A DNA stretch of 64,000 bases, from positions 112,407 through 176,406 of the forward strand of contig WYBR01000040.1 in assembly GCA_011525805.1 (NCBI GenBank), written 5' to 3'. Numbering within the stretch: position 1 is the stretch's first letter; every line of letters begins with the position of its first letter. The notes below the pieces were generated by a model. That model was not told where the DNA came from and ran no database searches. It saw only the letters and a program-made list of their open reading frames with translations. Of this stretch, positions 17,463 through 26,786 are shown one piece after another. Origin of the DNA: Vicinamibacteraceae bacterium (GTDB taxonomy: Bacteria > Planctomycetota > Phycisphaerae > Phycisphaerales > UBA5793). The translations under genes and the position numbers were made by a program.

Positions 17463-18962
17463 TCAGAGCGAGGCCCGATCGCCCGGGCGGTGTGTCGTTG
17501 TGGCGGCGGCGGCAGCGGCGCTCCACTGTTCGCGCCACGTTCCGCCCTCGCGGCGCTGCTGAGCGTGCTGGCGCGCCGCCTGGCGATACTGCGATTCGCG
17601 CTCCGCGGTGTCCGCGTGTCCGCGACTCTGCTGGCCGGCGGCATCCTGGCGTGAACCCTGCTCGCCGCTCGCCGATTGATGCTGCTGGTGGCCCGTCTCG
17701 TGGCCTCCGCCGGCCGAGGGGCGACTCAGGGAGTGAATCTGGACGGATTCGAGTTTGAGGCCCTGGGTTTCCATCGCGCTGCGCAGCGTCTCCATGTGCT
17801 GGCTGAGCAATCCGCGTGCCTGCGCCGTTTCGGCGTGAAACTGCACGGCCACGCGTCCCTGCGAGAGGCTCATCTGGATGCGCAGCGCGCCGAGCGATTC
17901 CGGTTCGAGGCGCATGGTCAGTGAACCGCCGGTCGTGCGCGTCAGCGCCAGGGCGCCGCGCACGATCTGCGGACTGAACCCTTCGCCGGCGCTTTGAAGC
18001 GCGGGGTGGCTCGGCGCGGTCGAAGGCGACGGCAAAGGCGCCCCGCCCGCTCCTGGGGCGCGCGGCGCGGTGGTCGGCTGCAACTCGAGGAACGTCGTCG
18101 CGGCAGCGCTGGGAGCGCTTCCCGACGTGGATGCCGCCGACGGCGCCGGGGCGGTTGCAGGCGGCGCGGGAGCCGATGGCGCGGGCCCGGGCTTCACCTC
18201 GATGTCTGACGGCCGCACCGACCGGGCGGCGGGCGACCGATCGTCGCGCGCCCCTTCCCCGATTCCGCGCGTGCGAGGTTCCGATGTCGAGCCATCCGCG
18301 CTCTCGCCGCGCCGGATCAGGGGCGCCCTGACAGGCGGCACGACCTGGCCTGCCGCGCGAACGGCAGCATCCTGACTCCCACCTGACCCGCTTGGCGCTT
18401 CCGGAGACGGCACGATCGCCGGGGGTGATTCACCCCGCGGCTGGGCGCGCGGCGGCGCGGGGGGCGAGTCGGGCGGTGGGGCGGGCGCGGCCTCGATCGG
18501 CACGCGCCGCTCCCGCGGCTGCAGGCGCGGGATGGAGGCGCTCGCGTCATCGTGCGCCTTGCCGCGGTCCGCCTTCGACCCGGTCTTCGCCTCCGCCTCG
18601 TGTTCACTCTCAGAATGACGCCGCGAGTCTTCACCCGCGTCAGACTTGCGCGGCGAATCGGGGGCGACGACCGGCAATTCCTGCGCGGCCTCCTCACCTT
18701 CCCGCGCCGGCGGACCGTGCGGTTCTTCGAGCACGACCGGATCGGAGGGCGGCGGAGTTTCAGAATCGGGGGTGGCAGACGCCTTGGGAGGATCGTCGGC
18801 GGCGCGCGGCGTCTCCTCGGTCAGTTGGGTCAGAACTTCGCTGAAACTGGGGGATTCGGCCGCGCCCGGTCGCGCTGCGGCGTGCTCCCGAAGCGCGTCG
18901 GGACCGCCGGCGCTTCGCTCGACGAGGAGATCATGGTTGCTGACTGGCGGCAGTTTGATCAT
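17463..18962 (-). CDS. fliK: flagellar hook-length control protein FliK
   Basis: Pro/Ala-rich ruler region followed by the FliK C-terminal domain LTMRLEPESLGALRIQMSLSQGRVAVQFHAETAQARGLLSQHMETLR. Confidence 0.85.
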   Translation of the reverse strand: MIKLPPVSNHDLLVERSAGGPDALREHAAARPGAAESPSFSEVLTQLTEETPRAADDPPKASATPDSETPPPSDPVVLEEPHGPPAREGEEAAQELPVVAPDSPRKSDAGEDSRRHSESEHEAEAKTGSKADRGKAHDDASASIPRLQPRERRVPIEAAPAPPPDSPPAPPRAQPRGESPPAIVPSPEAPSGSGGSQDAAVRAAGQVVPPVRAPLIRRGESADGSTSEPRTRGIGEGARDDRSPAARSVRPSDIEVKPGPAPSAPAPPATAPAPSAASTSGSAPSAAATTFLELQPTTAPRAPGAGGAPLPSPSTAPSHPALQSAGEGFSPQIVRGALALTRTTGGSLTMRLEPESLGALRIQMSLSQGRVAVQFHAETAQARGLLSQHMETLRSAMETQGLKLESVQIHSLSRPSAGGGHETGHQQHQSASGEQGSRQDAAGQQSRGHADTAERESQYRQAARQHAQQRREGGTWREQWSAAAAAATTTHRPGDRASL

Positions 18963-19656
18963 CTGGCGTTCTCAGGTCCGCGGCGCCGGTGCCGCGATCC
19001 TTGAGGCGCAGGAGCAATTCCGCTGCCAGGCGATTCTCCGTTTCATCGGAGTACAACGCGAGAAGTTTGGAGGCGCTGCGCGGCGGGAGGGCCACGAGCA
19101 CGTCGATCACAAAGTCGAACAGTCCGTCCGCGAGGTAAACGTCGATCTTGGCCTTGAGGGCGTCGGGCTTGAGTCCGGAGAGGAGCGTGACCGTCTTGCG
19201 GAACTGCTGGTCCTTGGCAAGGGCGGCATCTCGCTCGATGGCCGACTCGACCGCCGCCTCTCGGGCCGCCAGTTCCGCCTCGCGCCGCTCCACTTCCGCG
19301 AGGCGCAGCGCGATGAGTTGCTCGATCGCCTCCACGTCGCGCCGGGCGCGAAGGAGAATCTCCTGCTGCGCCTGCTCGATGGTGCGGAACTGCTCGCTGC
19401 GGCTCTCTGCGCCGGCGTTGGCGATGTCCGTCTCCGCCGCCCGCTTCGCTTCTCGAGCGGCCTGCTCCGCGGCCTCCTGCTCGGCCTCCGCCTGCTCCCG
19501 CTCCTGCGAGATGGAGACGGCGAGGATGTCGCGGATGCGGTCGAGGCGCTCGCGATTGAGTCGGTCCGAGAGGCCGAGATAGGCGACGAATCCGAGAATC
19601 GCCAGCAGATTGGCGATCGCGGCGATGGAGAGTGCGGGCCACAGAGTCTTCTTCAT
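18931..19656 (-). CDS. YlxF-like flagellar cluster protein (N-terminal TM, coiled coil)
   Basis: Sits between fliJ and fliK as ylxF does in B. subtilis. Has an N-terminal TM (LWPALSIAAIANLLAILGFVAYL), a Glu/Ala/Arg coiled coil, and the C-terminal segment LVALPPRSASKLLALYSDETENRLAAELLLRL. Confidence 0.45.
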   Translation of the reverse strand: MKKTLWPALSIAAIANLLAILGFVAYLGLSDRLNRERLDRIRDILAVSISQEREQAEAEQEAAEQAAREAKRAAETDIANAGAESRSEQFRTIEQAQQEILLRARRDVEAIEQLIALRLAEVERREAELAAREAAVESAIERDAALAKDQQFRKTVTLLSGLKPDALKAKIDVYLADGLFDFVIDVLVALPPRSASKLLALYSDETENRLAAELLLRLKDRGTGAADLRTPDDQTAASQQP

Positions 19657-19681
19657 GATGGAGTCCCCGGAGGAACGCGTT

Positions 19682-19745
19682 GAGGCATCAATGCATTGAG
19701 GGGCCGATCAGCCGCGGCCCGGAGGCTTTGCCCACGGGAGCGCGG
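19682..19745 (-). repeat. bipartite intergenic element, copy D, sense = minus strand
   Basis: Minus strand reads CGCGCTCCCGTGGGCAAAGCCTCCGGGCCGCGG (30/33 identical to copies B/C). It continues ...CCCCTCAATGCATTGATGCCTCAA, ending about 25 nt before the ylxF-like ATG (19656). Confidence 0.6.
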
Positions 19746-19762
19746 CGCGTACGCACGGTTGA

Positions 19763-20203
19763 TTATCGAATCGCTCGGTTCATCGCTCCCAGTTCATCCA
19801 GCGCCGCGGTCTCGCGTTTGGTCTCCGCGAGCCGCCACTGCTCATATCGGCGATCCCGCAGCCGCTCGATCGCCTTGACGCGGGTGCGCGCCAGCAGGAG
19901 TTCCCCGCGCGCGTGATCGGCGCGGCGGTAGATCTCCGCCAGCACGGCGACGAGACGGCGGATGCGGGCGTCGAGTTGCATCGACATCGCGGCCTGGCTG
20001 CGGATCGCGCTCGTGTCCACGCTGCCGACGAGGTTGCGGCCGAGTTCCGCCTTGTTCTCCACGATTCGGCGCTGCATGGCGCGGATCTGATCCTCAATGT
20101 CGATCCGGCGGCGCTCGATGACCGCCAGCGCCCGCTGCTTCTCCCCCTCGAGGCGCTTGCGATGGTCGAGCAGAGGCTGAAGTTTGAAGCGGAAACGCGC
20201 CAC
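19763..20203 (-). CDS. fliJ: flagellar export chaperone/stalk protein FliJ
   Basis: 146-aa coiled-coil protein (MARFRFKLQPLLDHRKRLEGEKQRALAV...) directly downstream of fliI. Confidence 0.85.
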   Translation of the reverse strand: MARFRFKLQPLLDHRKRLEGEKQRALAVIERRRIDIEDQIRAMQRRIVENKAELGRNLVGSVDTSAIRSQAAMSMQLDARIRRLVAVLAEIYRRADHARGELLLARTRVKAIERLRDRRYEQWRLAETKRETAALDELGAMNRAIR

Positions 20204-20224
20204 CTCGGCCGTCCTTTCGCGGCA

Positions 20225-21583
20225 TCACCGGGTATTGGCCGGCCGCCGCTGCGCCAGCGCATGGCCCGCCTCGACGGCCAGGTTGGTGAGCGCCTTGGCC
20301 GCAGCCTCGAAGTCGGCGCTCTCCGAGGAGGCCTGCTGGAGCAGCGCATCGATGCGGGGCTTGAGTTCGATGGCCACGTCGCACTCGGGGTTCGAGCCGC
20401 GAACGTACGCCCCGATGCTGATGAGGTCTTCAGTCTCGGCGTAGACGGCGAGCAGCCGCATGATCTGGCGCCGGGCCTGGATGTGCGTCGAAGTGCAGAC
20501 CGAATCCGCGACGCGGCTGACGGAGTCGAGCACGTCGATGGCGGGGTAGTGCCCGCGGTTGGCGAGGCGGCGCGTGAGCGAGAGGTGCCCGTCGAGGATG
20601 CCGCGGGCGGCGTCGGAGATCGGCTCGGTCATGTCGTCGCCTTCGACGAGCACGGCGTAAAAGCCGGTGATCGACCCGCTGCCCTGCACCGCGCCCGCCC
20701 GCTCGAGCAGCGTCGGCAGGAGGGCGAAAACGCTGGGCGTGTATCCCTTGGTGGTCGGCGGCTCGCCGGCCGCGAGGCCGATCTGGCGCTGCGCCTGGCA
20801 GAAGCGGGTGATGGAGTCCATGATGAGGACGACGTCAGCGCCGTTGTCGCGGAAGAGTTCCGCCGCCGCCGTCGCCGCCATGGCGGCGCGGATGCGCATC
20901 AGCGGCGATTCGTCTCCCGTTGACACGAAGACGACGCTCCGCGCCAGCCCCTCCCGGCCGAGCGTGCGTTCGATGAATTCGCGCACCTCGCGGCCGCGCT
21001 CGCCGATCAGGGCGATGACGCTGACGTCCGCCCGCGTGTTGCGTGCGATGCTCCCGAGGAGGGTGGACTTGCCGACGCCGGGGCCGGCGAAGACGCCCAG
21101 GCGCTGCCCTTTGCCCACGGTGAGCAGCCCGTCGATGGCGCGGACGCCCGTCGCGAGCGGCTGGGTGATCGGCTCGCGGCGCAGGGAAGGCATCGGGGGA
21201 GGCAGGATCGGCCGCGTCTCCAGGTCGCGCAGCGGGCCCAAGCCGTCCAGCGGGCGCGCCAGCCCGTCGAGCACGCGCCCGAGCATGTTCACGCTCAGCG
21301 ATGCCGTCGGCGCCGTTTGCAGCGAAGTGAGGCGATCCCCCGGCGCCAACCCGAGGGCGCTGGAAAAGAGCATGATGATCGTGCCCGCGCGGTCCGCCGC
21401 GATCACTTCGCCCAGCGCGGATGCCCGGCCGCGGCCGGCGCTTTCGATCCGAACGAGCGACCCGACCGGCAGCGAGAGCGGCTCCGTCGTCACCGTCTGC
21501 CCGCGCACGCTCGCGATGCGGCTCGCGACGGTGCGCGGCTGGAGGCGCTCGAGCATCTGCCACGCGGGCGCGAGCGCCGTCAT
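20225..21583 (-). CDS. fliI: flagellum-specific ATPase FliI
   Basis: Walker A FAGPGVGKSTLLG, Walker B VVLIMDSITRF, and F1-beta-like architecture. Confidence 0.95.
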   Translation of the reverse strand: MTALAPAWQMLERLQPRTVASRIASVRGQTVTTEPLSLPVGSLVRIESAGRGRASALGEVIAADRAGTIIMLFSSALGLAPGDRLTSLQTAPTASLSVNMLGRVLDGLARPLDGLGPLRDLETRPILPPPMPSLRREPITQPLATGVRAIDGLLTVGKGQRLGVFAGPGVGKSTLLGSIARNTRADVSVIALIGERGREVREFIERTLGREGLARSVVFVSTGDESPLMRIRAAMAATAAAELFRDNGADVVLIMDSITRFCQAQRQIGLAAGEPPTTKGYTPSVFALLPTLLERAGAVQGSGSITGFYAVLVEGDDMTEPISDAARGILDGHLSLTRRLANRGHYPAIDVLDSVSRVADSVCTSTHIQARRQIMRLLAVYAETEDLISIGAYVRGSNPECDVAIELKPRIDALLQQASSESADFEAAAKALTNLAVEAGHALAQRRPANTR

Positions 21584-22341
21584 GGCTGCGCCTCGCGCCC
21601 GGCGCCGCCCTCGGCGCGCTCGCCCGAATTCGCGCCCAGCGCCGGATCGTCGGGAAGGAGCGTCGCCACGATCCGGTCCAGTTGCGTCTCAATCGTCGAG
21701 TCGATCGTGGTCGAGCCCGCCTGCACCACGCAGCCGCCGGGCGTGATCGACTCGTCCGGCGCCAGCGCGGCGTGCTCGCACTGGTGCATCTGCTCGGCGA
21801 GGCGGGGAAGGACCGCCTGCGCCAGTTCCAGATCGCGCGGATGGAGGCGGATGGTCAGAGCCGAACGCCTCGCCAGCAGGCTCAGCGCTTCGGCCATCTG
21901 ATCTTCGATGATGCCGGGATCGATCTCGACGGTGCGGAAGACGACGCGCTCGGCAATGGCGAGCGCAAGGCGGAGCACATCGAGGCGGGCCTCGGTGAGC
22001 AGCGTCTTGCGCGACTCGATGAACGCGCCCAGCGCGTCGGTCCACTGCTTGAGCAGCGCTTCGATGGCGGCGGCGTGCCGGGCGAAGGCCTCGTTGCGGC
22101 CGGTTTCGGCTCCCTGCCGCTGTCCCTCGGCGAGGCCCTTCTTGAGTCCTTCGGCGTGGCCTTTCTCGGCGGCGCTCTGGGCGATGCGGCGTGCCTCGTC
22201 ACGGGCTTCGCGGAGGATCTGGTCCGCCTGGGCGACGGCCCGCTGGCGGATGGCTTCTCCCTGGCGCGCCAGATCGCCCAGGTCGAGAACCACCGCCTCG
22301 CGCACCAGCGCCGCCGCCTGCCTGCTCCGGATTACCGCCAT
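21580..22341 (-). CDS. fliH: flagellar assembly protein FliH
   Basis: 253 aa. Glu/Ala-rich helical N-terminus plus a C-terminal FliH-type domain. 4-nt overlap with fliI, and located between fliG and fliI. Confidence 0.8.
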   Translation of the reverse strand: MAVIRSRQAAALVREAVVLDLGDLARQGEAIRQRAVAQADQILREARDEARRIAQSAAEKGHAEGLKKGLAEGQRQGAETGRNEAFARHAAAIEALLKQWTDALGAFIESRKTLLTEARLDVLRLALAIAERVVFRTVEIDPGIIEDQMAEALSLLARRSALTIRLHPRDLELAQAVLPRLAEQMHQCEHAALAPDESITPGGCVVQAGSTTIDSTIETQLDRIVATLLPDDPALGANSGERAEGGAGREAQP

Positions 22342-22351
22342 GCGCTGAACC

Positions 22352-23392
22352 TCAGACGATCAGGTCCTTCTCACCGCCCCGACCGGAAATGATGATCTCG
22401 CCGGCGTCCTCGAGCCGGCGCACGATGTCCACGATGCGCTGCTGGGCGGCCTCGACGTCGCTCACCCGCACCGGCCCCATGTACTGCATGTCCTCCTTGA
22501 TCAACTCCGCCGCGCGCTCCGACATGTTGGTGAATATTTTTTCCTGCAGTTCCTTGCTCGCGGTCTTGAGCGCCAGCGCCAGTTCGTCGTTGTCGATCTC
22601 CTTGAGCACGGCCTGGATGCCCCGGCCGTCCACGTGGATGATGTCGTCGAAGACGAACATGAGGCGACGGATCTGCTCGACGAGGTCCGGGTCCTCCGAC
22701 TCCAGACCCTCCATGATGCTCTTCTCCGTCGAGCGGTCCGCCAAGTTGAGAATCTCCGCGACCGTCTCCACGCCGCCCGCCTTCTCCATCGACTGCGTGA
22801 GCATGTTGCTCAGGCGCGATTCGAGCGCCCGCTCGACGGTGCGGATGACCTCGGGGTTGGTCTGGTCCATGTTGGCGATGCGCTTGACGACCTCGATCTG
22901 CTTCTGGGCCGGCAGGCCGATGAGAATCTCCGCCGCCTTGTGGTGCGCGAGGTGGCTGATGATCAGCGCGATCGTCTGCGGGTGCTCGTCCTGGATGAAG
23001 GTCAGGAGGTTCTCCGACTCGGCCTTCTGGAGGAAGTTGAAGGGCGTCTTCTGCACGTGCGTCTGGATGCCCGACATGATCTTGTCGGCCATCTTGGGAT
23101 CGACGGAGCGGGAGAGGAGCGAGCGGGCGTACTCGAGCCCGCCCTCGTTGGCGTACTTGCTGGCGAGGATCGTGGTGTAGAACTCCTCGATGACGGCGTT
23201 GCGCAGCGGACGGGGGACCGGGCCGAGCGAGGCGAGTTCGCGCACGACGTCGTTGACCGTCTGCTCGTCGAGGCCCTTGAGGATCGCCGAGGCGGTCTCC
23301 TGGTCGACGCTCACGAGGAGCACCGCGGCCTTGGTCGTGCCGTCGAGTTCGGCGGGGGAATCCGGAAGTTTCTGGCCGGCCTTGTGCACCAT
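22352..23392 (-). CDS. fliG: flagellar motor switch protein FliG
   Basis: 346 aa. C-terminal torque helix region ELIKEDMQYMGPVRVSDVEAAQQRIVDIVRRLEDAGEI. Confidence 0.95.
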   Translation of the reverse strand: MVHKAGQKLPDSPAELDGTTKAAVLLVSVDQETASAILKGLDEQTVNDVVRELASLGPVPRPLRNAVIEEFYTTILASKYANEGGLEYARSLLSRSVDPKMADKIMSGIQTHVQKTPFNFLQKAESENLLTFIQDEHPQTIALIISHLAHHKAAEILIGLPAQKQIEVVKRIANMDQTNPEVIRTVERALESRLSNMLTQSMEKAGGVETVAEILNLADRSTEKSIMEGLESEDPDLVEQIRRLMFVFDDIIHVDGRGIQAVLKEIDNDELALALKTASKELQEKIFTNMSERAAELIKEDMQYMGPVRVSDVEAAQQRIVDIVRRLEDAGEIIISGRGGEKDLIV

Positions 23393-23394
23393 CG

Positions 23395-25095
23395 CTATTC
23401 CTCAGAGGAAATCCAGCGGTTCACCACCCGCGTGGCGTCCGACGGATCGCGGCTGACCAGTTCGCCCAGTTGCTGCATGATGGTCCGCGTGCGCAGTTCT
23501 TCGTCGTCGAGTTCGACGGCATCGATGGCGGGATCGGATTCATCCGCCTCGCCGATCAGGTCGTCGATGGAGGTTGAGAGTGAAGGGGGAATGCCGACCA
23601 GTTCCGCCGCCGAGGGCAGGTCGCGGCTGCTCGACGAACTGCGGACCAGCCGGAACATGAAAAACAGGCTTGCCCCCGCCAGCAGCGCCAGCCCCAGCGA
23701 CGACCAGGGCAACTGGACGAACTCGCTGGGCAGACCGAAGAACCCCGATCCTGCCTGCGCCTCGCGCGACGGATCAGGCGGCGGGTCGAGGTCGGTGTAG
23801 GTGTTGACGACCACCGTCCCGACGAAGGCCGCCGAGCCGTCCACCGCGCTCGTCGCCTCGGTGTCGATCAGCGCCTTGACCTCCTGCGTGATCTTGGTGA
23901 TCTCCTCGGTTTCGAGCGCGGCCAGCGCCGCCGCGTCCGGCGCATCGGTCGCGTCGGGGTTGCGCATCCGCCAGACGCGCTCGAAAAAACTCCGGGGAAT
24001 CTTCACCGTCGCGTTGATCTTCCGCGCGTAGCCCTTCGGGTCCTCACGCAGCGTCTCGCGCCGGCCGGTCTGCGGATCAAACGTCGAGGTGCTCTCGGTC
24101 ATGGAGGTCGAGTTGCTCGGCCCGCCCGAGGCGGAGAGGCCCGCGCCCGTATTGGGCTGGATGCCGGCGTTGCCCCCGACGCTCGCCTCGCTCGTGTTCG
24201 TCTTCGACTCCGTCTCGGAGACGAGCGGCGAAACGCTCCCCTCTCCTTCCTTCTTGTAGGTGAGGTCGCTGATCCGCTCGCGCGACGCGTCAACCTGCGC
24301 GTTGACCTGGACGATGACGGCGGGGATGTGGCGGAGGTTGTCCTCGATCTTCGTGCGCCAGTACCCGTCGACGCGCGCCTGGAGTTCCATGTACGCGCTC
24401 GCCGCAAGGTCCTCCTCGTTGCGCGTGCGCATCGGCTGGCCCGTCGAGGCGTTGTGAACGGTCACGTTCCCCGGCTCGAGGCCGGGCACCGTTCCGCTGA
24501 GGAAGCGCGCGATGCCCTCAACTTGCGCCGCGGTGAAACTGGCGTCGGCGGGGACCACGGCGACGGCGGCGGTCGGCTTGCCCGCCGGCCGCGCCAGGCC
24601 GCCCGCCCGCTCCTCGGGCGCGGTGATGAAGACGGACGCGGACTTGACGTAGGACCACCCGGAGATGACGTCGGTGAGCACTTCGCTCAGCGCCGCGTAG
24701 TACTGCTGACGGTTCTGGTGCCGGTTGGCGTACCACGGCTGGCCCTGGATGAGTTTGAGCAGCGCGGAGGCGCCGGCCGAGCCGTTGCCCGTCTGCGAAA
24801 CGGCGCTGATGGCCTCGACCTGCTGGTTGGCCGGTACGAGCAGGTCCGTCCCGGCCGGCACGAACCGGATCCCCGCCGCGGTCAGCCGCGCCCGCACCGC
24901 TTCGTGGTCGGCGAGATCGACGCTGATGGGAACAAGATCGGCGCGGCCGGCATACTGCGTGACGATGAACATCCCCATGAGGAGGATGACCAGCCCCGAC
25001 CCCACGAGCACCTTGTGAATGGGCTTGAGGTCCGTCAGCCGCGATCGAACCGACTCGAATGCCTTGCGGAACTTGTCCACCGTGCGGGCCTCCAT
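23395..25095 (-). CDS. fliF: flagellar MS-ring protein FliF
   Basis: 566 aa. N-terminal TM (HKVLVGSGLVILLMGMFIVTQY), a large periplasmic region, a C-terminal TM (LGLALLAGASLFFMF) and a FliG-binding tail. Confidence 0.9.
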   Translation of the reverse strand: MEARTVDKFRKAFESVRSRLTDLKPIHKVLVGSGLVILLMGMFIVTQYAGRADLVPISVDLADHEAVRARLTAAGIRFVPAGTDLLVPANQQVEAISAVSQTGNGSAGASALLKLIQGQPWYANRHQNRQQYYAALSEVLTDVISGWSYVKSASVFITAPEERAGGLARPAGKPTAAVAVVPADASFTAAQVEGIARFLSGTVPGLEPGNVTVHNASTGQPMRTRNEEDLAASAYMELQARVDGYWRTKIEDNLRHIPAVIVQVNAQVDASRERISDLTYKKEGEGSVSPLVSETESKTNTSEASVGGNAGIQPNTGAGLSASGGPSNSTSMTESTSTFDPQTGRRETLREDPKGYARKINATVKIPRSFFERVWRMRNPDATDAPDAAALAALETEEITKITQEVKALIDTEATSAVDGSAAFVGTVVVNTYTDLDPPPDPSREAQAGSGFFGLPSEFVQLPWSSLGLALLAGASLFFMFRLVRSSSSSRDLPSAAELVGIPPSLSTSIDDLIGEADESDPAIDAVELDDEELRTRTIMQQLGELVSRDPSDATRVVNRWISSEE

Positions 25096-25202
25096 GCCTC
25101 AACCGGCGTCGCGTGTTGTGCCCGGCGCCCGATGGGCCGAGGGCGTCTTCAGGTTCGGCCGCCGGCATCCTCCTGACGCGGGCGGTCGAACGCGGCTCGC
25201 GT

Positions 25203-25529
25203 CTAAACGCGAATCTGCTTCATCTCGTTGTATGCATCCATGACCTTGTTGCGCACTTGAAGGAGCATCTGGAAGGCGATGTCCGCCTTGCGCTGGGCGG
25301 CGAACACCGCGTCGGGATCGTTGCGCTGCCCCGTGGCCAGGTCCTCCACGGCCTGCGTCGTCTCCTGCTCGAGGCGGTTCACTTCCCGCAACTGATCGAG
25401 CAGCATGTCCTTGAACGCGCCGACGCTGCCCGCCTCCGTCCCCGCGGCCGGCTGAACCGGGCGCTGGATCGGCGAGGCGCCGGCAGATTGAATGAGTCCA
25501 AGAGGGTCAGGCACGCGTGTTCTCCGCAA
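25203..25529 (-). CDS. fliE: flagellar hook-basal body protein FliE
   Basis: C-terminal FliE signature FAAQRKADIAFQMLLQVRNKVMDAYNEMKQIRV. Start is uncertain: the track start is TTG, and an in-frame GTG lies at 25514. Confidence 0.85.
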   Translation of the reverse strand: MRRTRVPDPLGLIQSAGASPIQRPVQPAAGTEAGSVGAFKDMLLDQLREVNRLEQETTQAVEDLATGQRNDPDAVFAAQRKADIAFQMLLQVRNKVMDAYNEMKQIRV

Positions 25530-25710
25530 GCGGCTTCATCGGCCGATCTCCGATCCGGGCTTCAACGGCCGCCGACGGCCCAAACACAGCCGCAGGCGAG
25601 GCGATCAACATCCGGCGACTCCAACCCGACCTCCTCGATCCCAAGCCCCGAATCTCAAATCTCGAGTTTCAGACCTCAGACCCCAGGCTCCAAACCCCAG
25701 GCCCCACACC

Positions 25711-26112
25711 TCAAGCCAGTATCCTCAACGACGCGCTGAGCATCGACTTGGCCGCCTCCGCCGCCATCACGTTTGCCTCGTAGGCCCGCGTCGCCTCAAT
25801 CGCATTCATCGTTTCCGTCGCGATGTCGATGTCGGGCGTGTAGATGTACCCCTCCGCGTCGGCCATCGGGTGGCTGGGCGCGAGTTTGCGCCGGAACGCT
25901 CCGTCGGCCATCTCGATGGAGGCGACATGCACGCCCGGCCCGCCCGTGCGCGGATCGCCGGGCGCGAGGATCGCCATGCGCCGGCGGAAGGGGATGTTCT
26001 GCTGCGTCGGATCGAGAATGCTGTCGACGTTGGCAATGTTCACAGTCGCGACTTCCAGCCGCGTCCGCTGAGCGATCATGCCGGAGGTCGAGATGTCGAG
26101 CAGGCCGTACAT
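25711..26112 (-). CDS. flgC: flagellar proximal rod protein FlgC
   Basis: Trimmed to ATG 26112 (MYGLLDISTSGMIAQRTRLEVATVNIANVDS). C-terminus is YEANVMAAEAAKSMLSASLRIL. Confidence 0.9.
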   Translation of the reverse strand: MYGLLDISTSGMIAQRTRLEVATVNIANVDSILDPTQQNIPFRRRMAILAPGDPRTGGPGVHVASIEMADGAFRRKLAPSHPMADAEGYIYTPDIDIATETMNAIEATRAYEANVMAAEAAKSMLSASLRILA

Positions 26113-26231
26113 GGGAGGTCGGGGGTCGGGGGCTGAGGCGGATGGCAGGTGGTGGTGGGCAGGAGGCACGAGGCATTAGGCACTGGGGTCAGGTGGGGTT
26201 CCTTTGGCGTTCACTCGTGCGGTCTTTCGGG

Positions 26232-26657
26232 TCAGATTCGTTCGCGGATCGCGGTCTGGAGTGTGGCGAAGCGGGCGCGAATCAGTTCGGTGGCGGTGCG
26301 ATGGGCGAAGGTGTTCTCGGCGAGGTCGCGCATCAGGCTTTCGAGGTCGCGGTCGTTGCGATCGTGAAAGAGAATGCCATCGCCGGTGGGTCGGGGATCG
26401 AGCGCGATGCCGTTGGGGAGGAACCGCACTTCCCGCGTGTCATCCGGCTGGATCGGCCCGTCGGACCGCGTTCCCGGCCGCGCCGCACGGCGCGCTTCGA
26501 CCGCCTTGGCCAGCGCCTGCTGGAAGTCGCGCACGCTCACGTCGGCGGGTCGGAAGTTGGGAGTGGAGATGTTGGCGATGTTGTGGGCGATCACGTGCTG
26601 GCGGGCCGAGGCGAACTGGATCGTTCGCTCGAGCACGTCGATTCCGGCATCGTTCAT
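26232..26657 (-). CDS. flgB: flagellar proximal rod protein FlgB
   Basis: Trimmed to ATG 26657 (MNDAGIDVLERTIQFASARQHVIAHNIANISTPNFR). The TTG start in the track lies inside the putative sigma-54 promoter. Confidence 0.85.
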   Translation of the reverse strand: MNDAGIDVLERTIQFASARQHVIAHNIANISTPNFRPADVSVRDFQQALAKAVEARRAARPGTRSDGPIQPDDTREVRFLPNGIALDPRPTGDGILFHDRNDRDLESLMRDLAENTFAHRTATELIRARFATLQTAIRERI

Positions 26658-26721
26658 CAGGCCGCTGAGCACGTCGCAGTCTCCGGCGGGATTTGCGCCC
26701 CGGTTCCGTCGCGGGAACGCG

Positions 26722-26737
26722 AGCAATCGGCGCGCCA
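26722..26737 (-). promoter_or_regulatory. sigma-54 (-24/-12) type promoter upstream of flgB
   Basis: Minus strand reads TGGCGC-GCCGA-TTGCT, with exact GG-N10-GC spacing relative to TGGCAC-N5-TTGCW. It lies 50-65 nt after the regulator stop and 65-80 nt before the flgB ATG. Confidence 0.55.
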
Positions 26738-26786
26738 GGCCGTAGCGGGCCGCGCGGGGCCACGGCCGGCAGGAATTGCGCGTCGA

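Noticed and set aside
25096-25202. Sigma-54-like GGGCAC-N5-GCGAC upstream of fliF.
   Set aside because: The -12 element lacks TTGC and the -24 element lacks the leading TGG context, so the match is much poorer than the flgB site.
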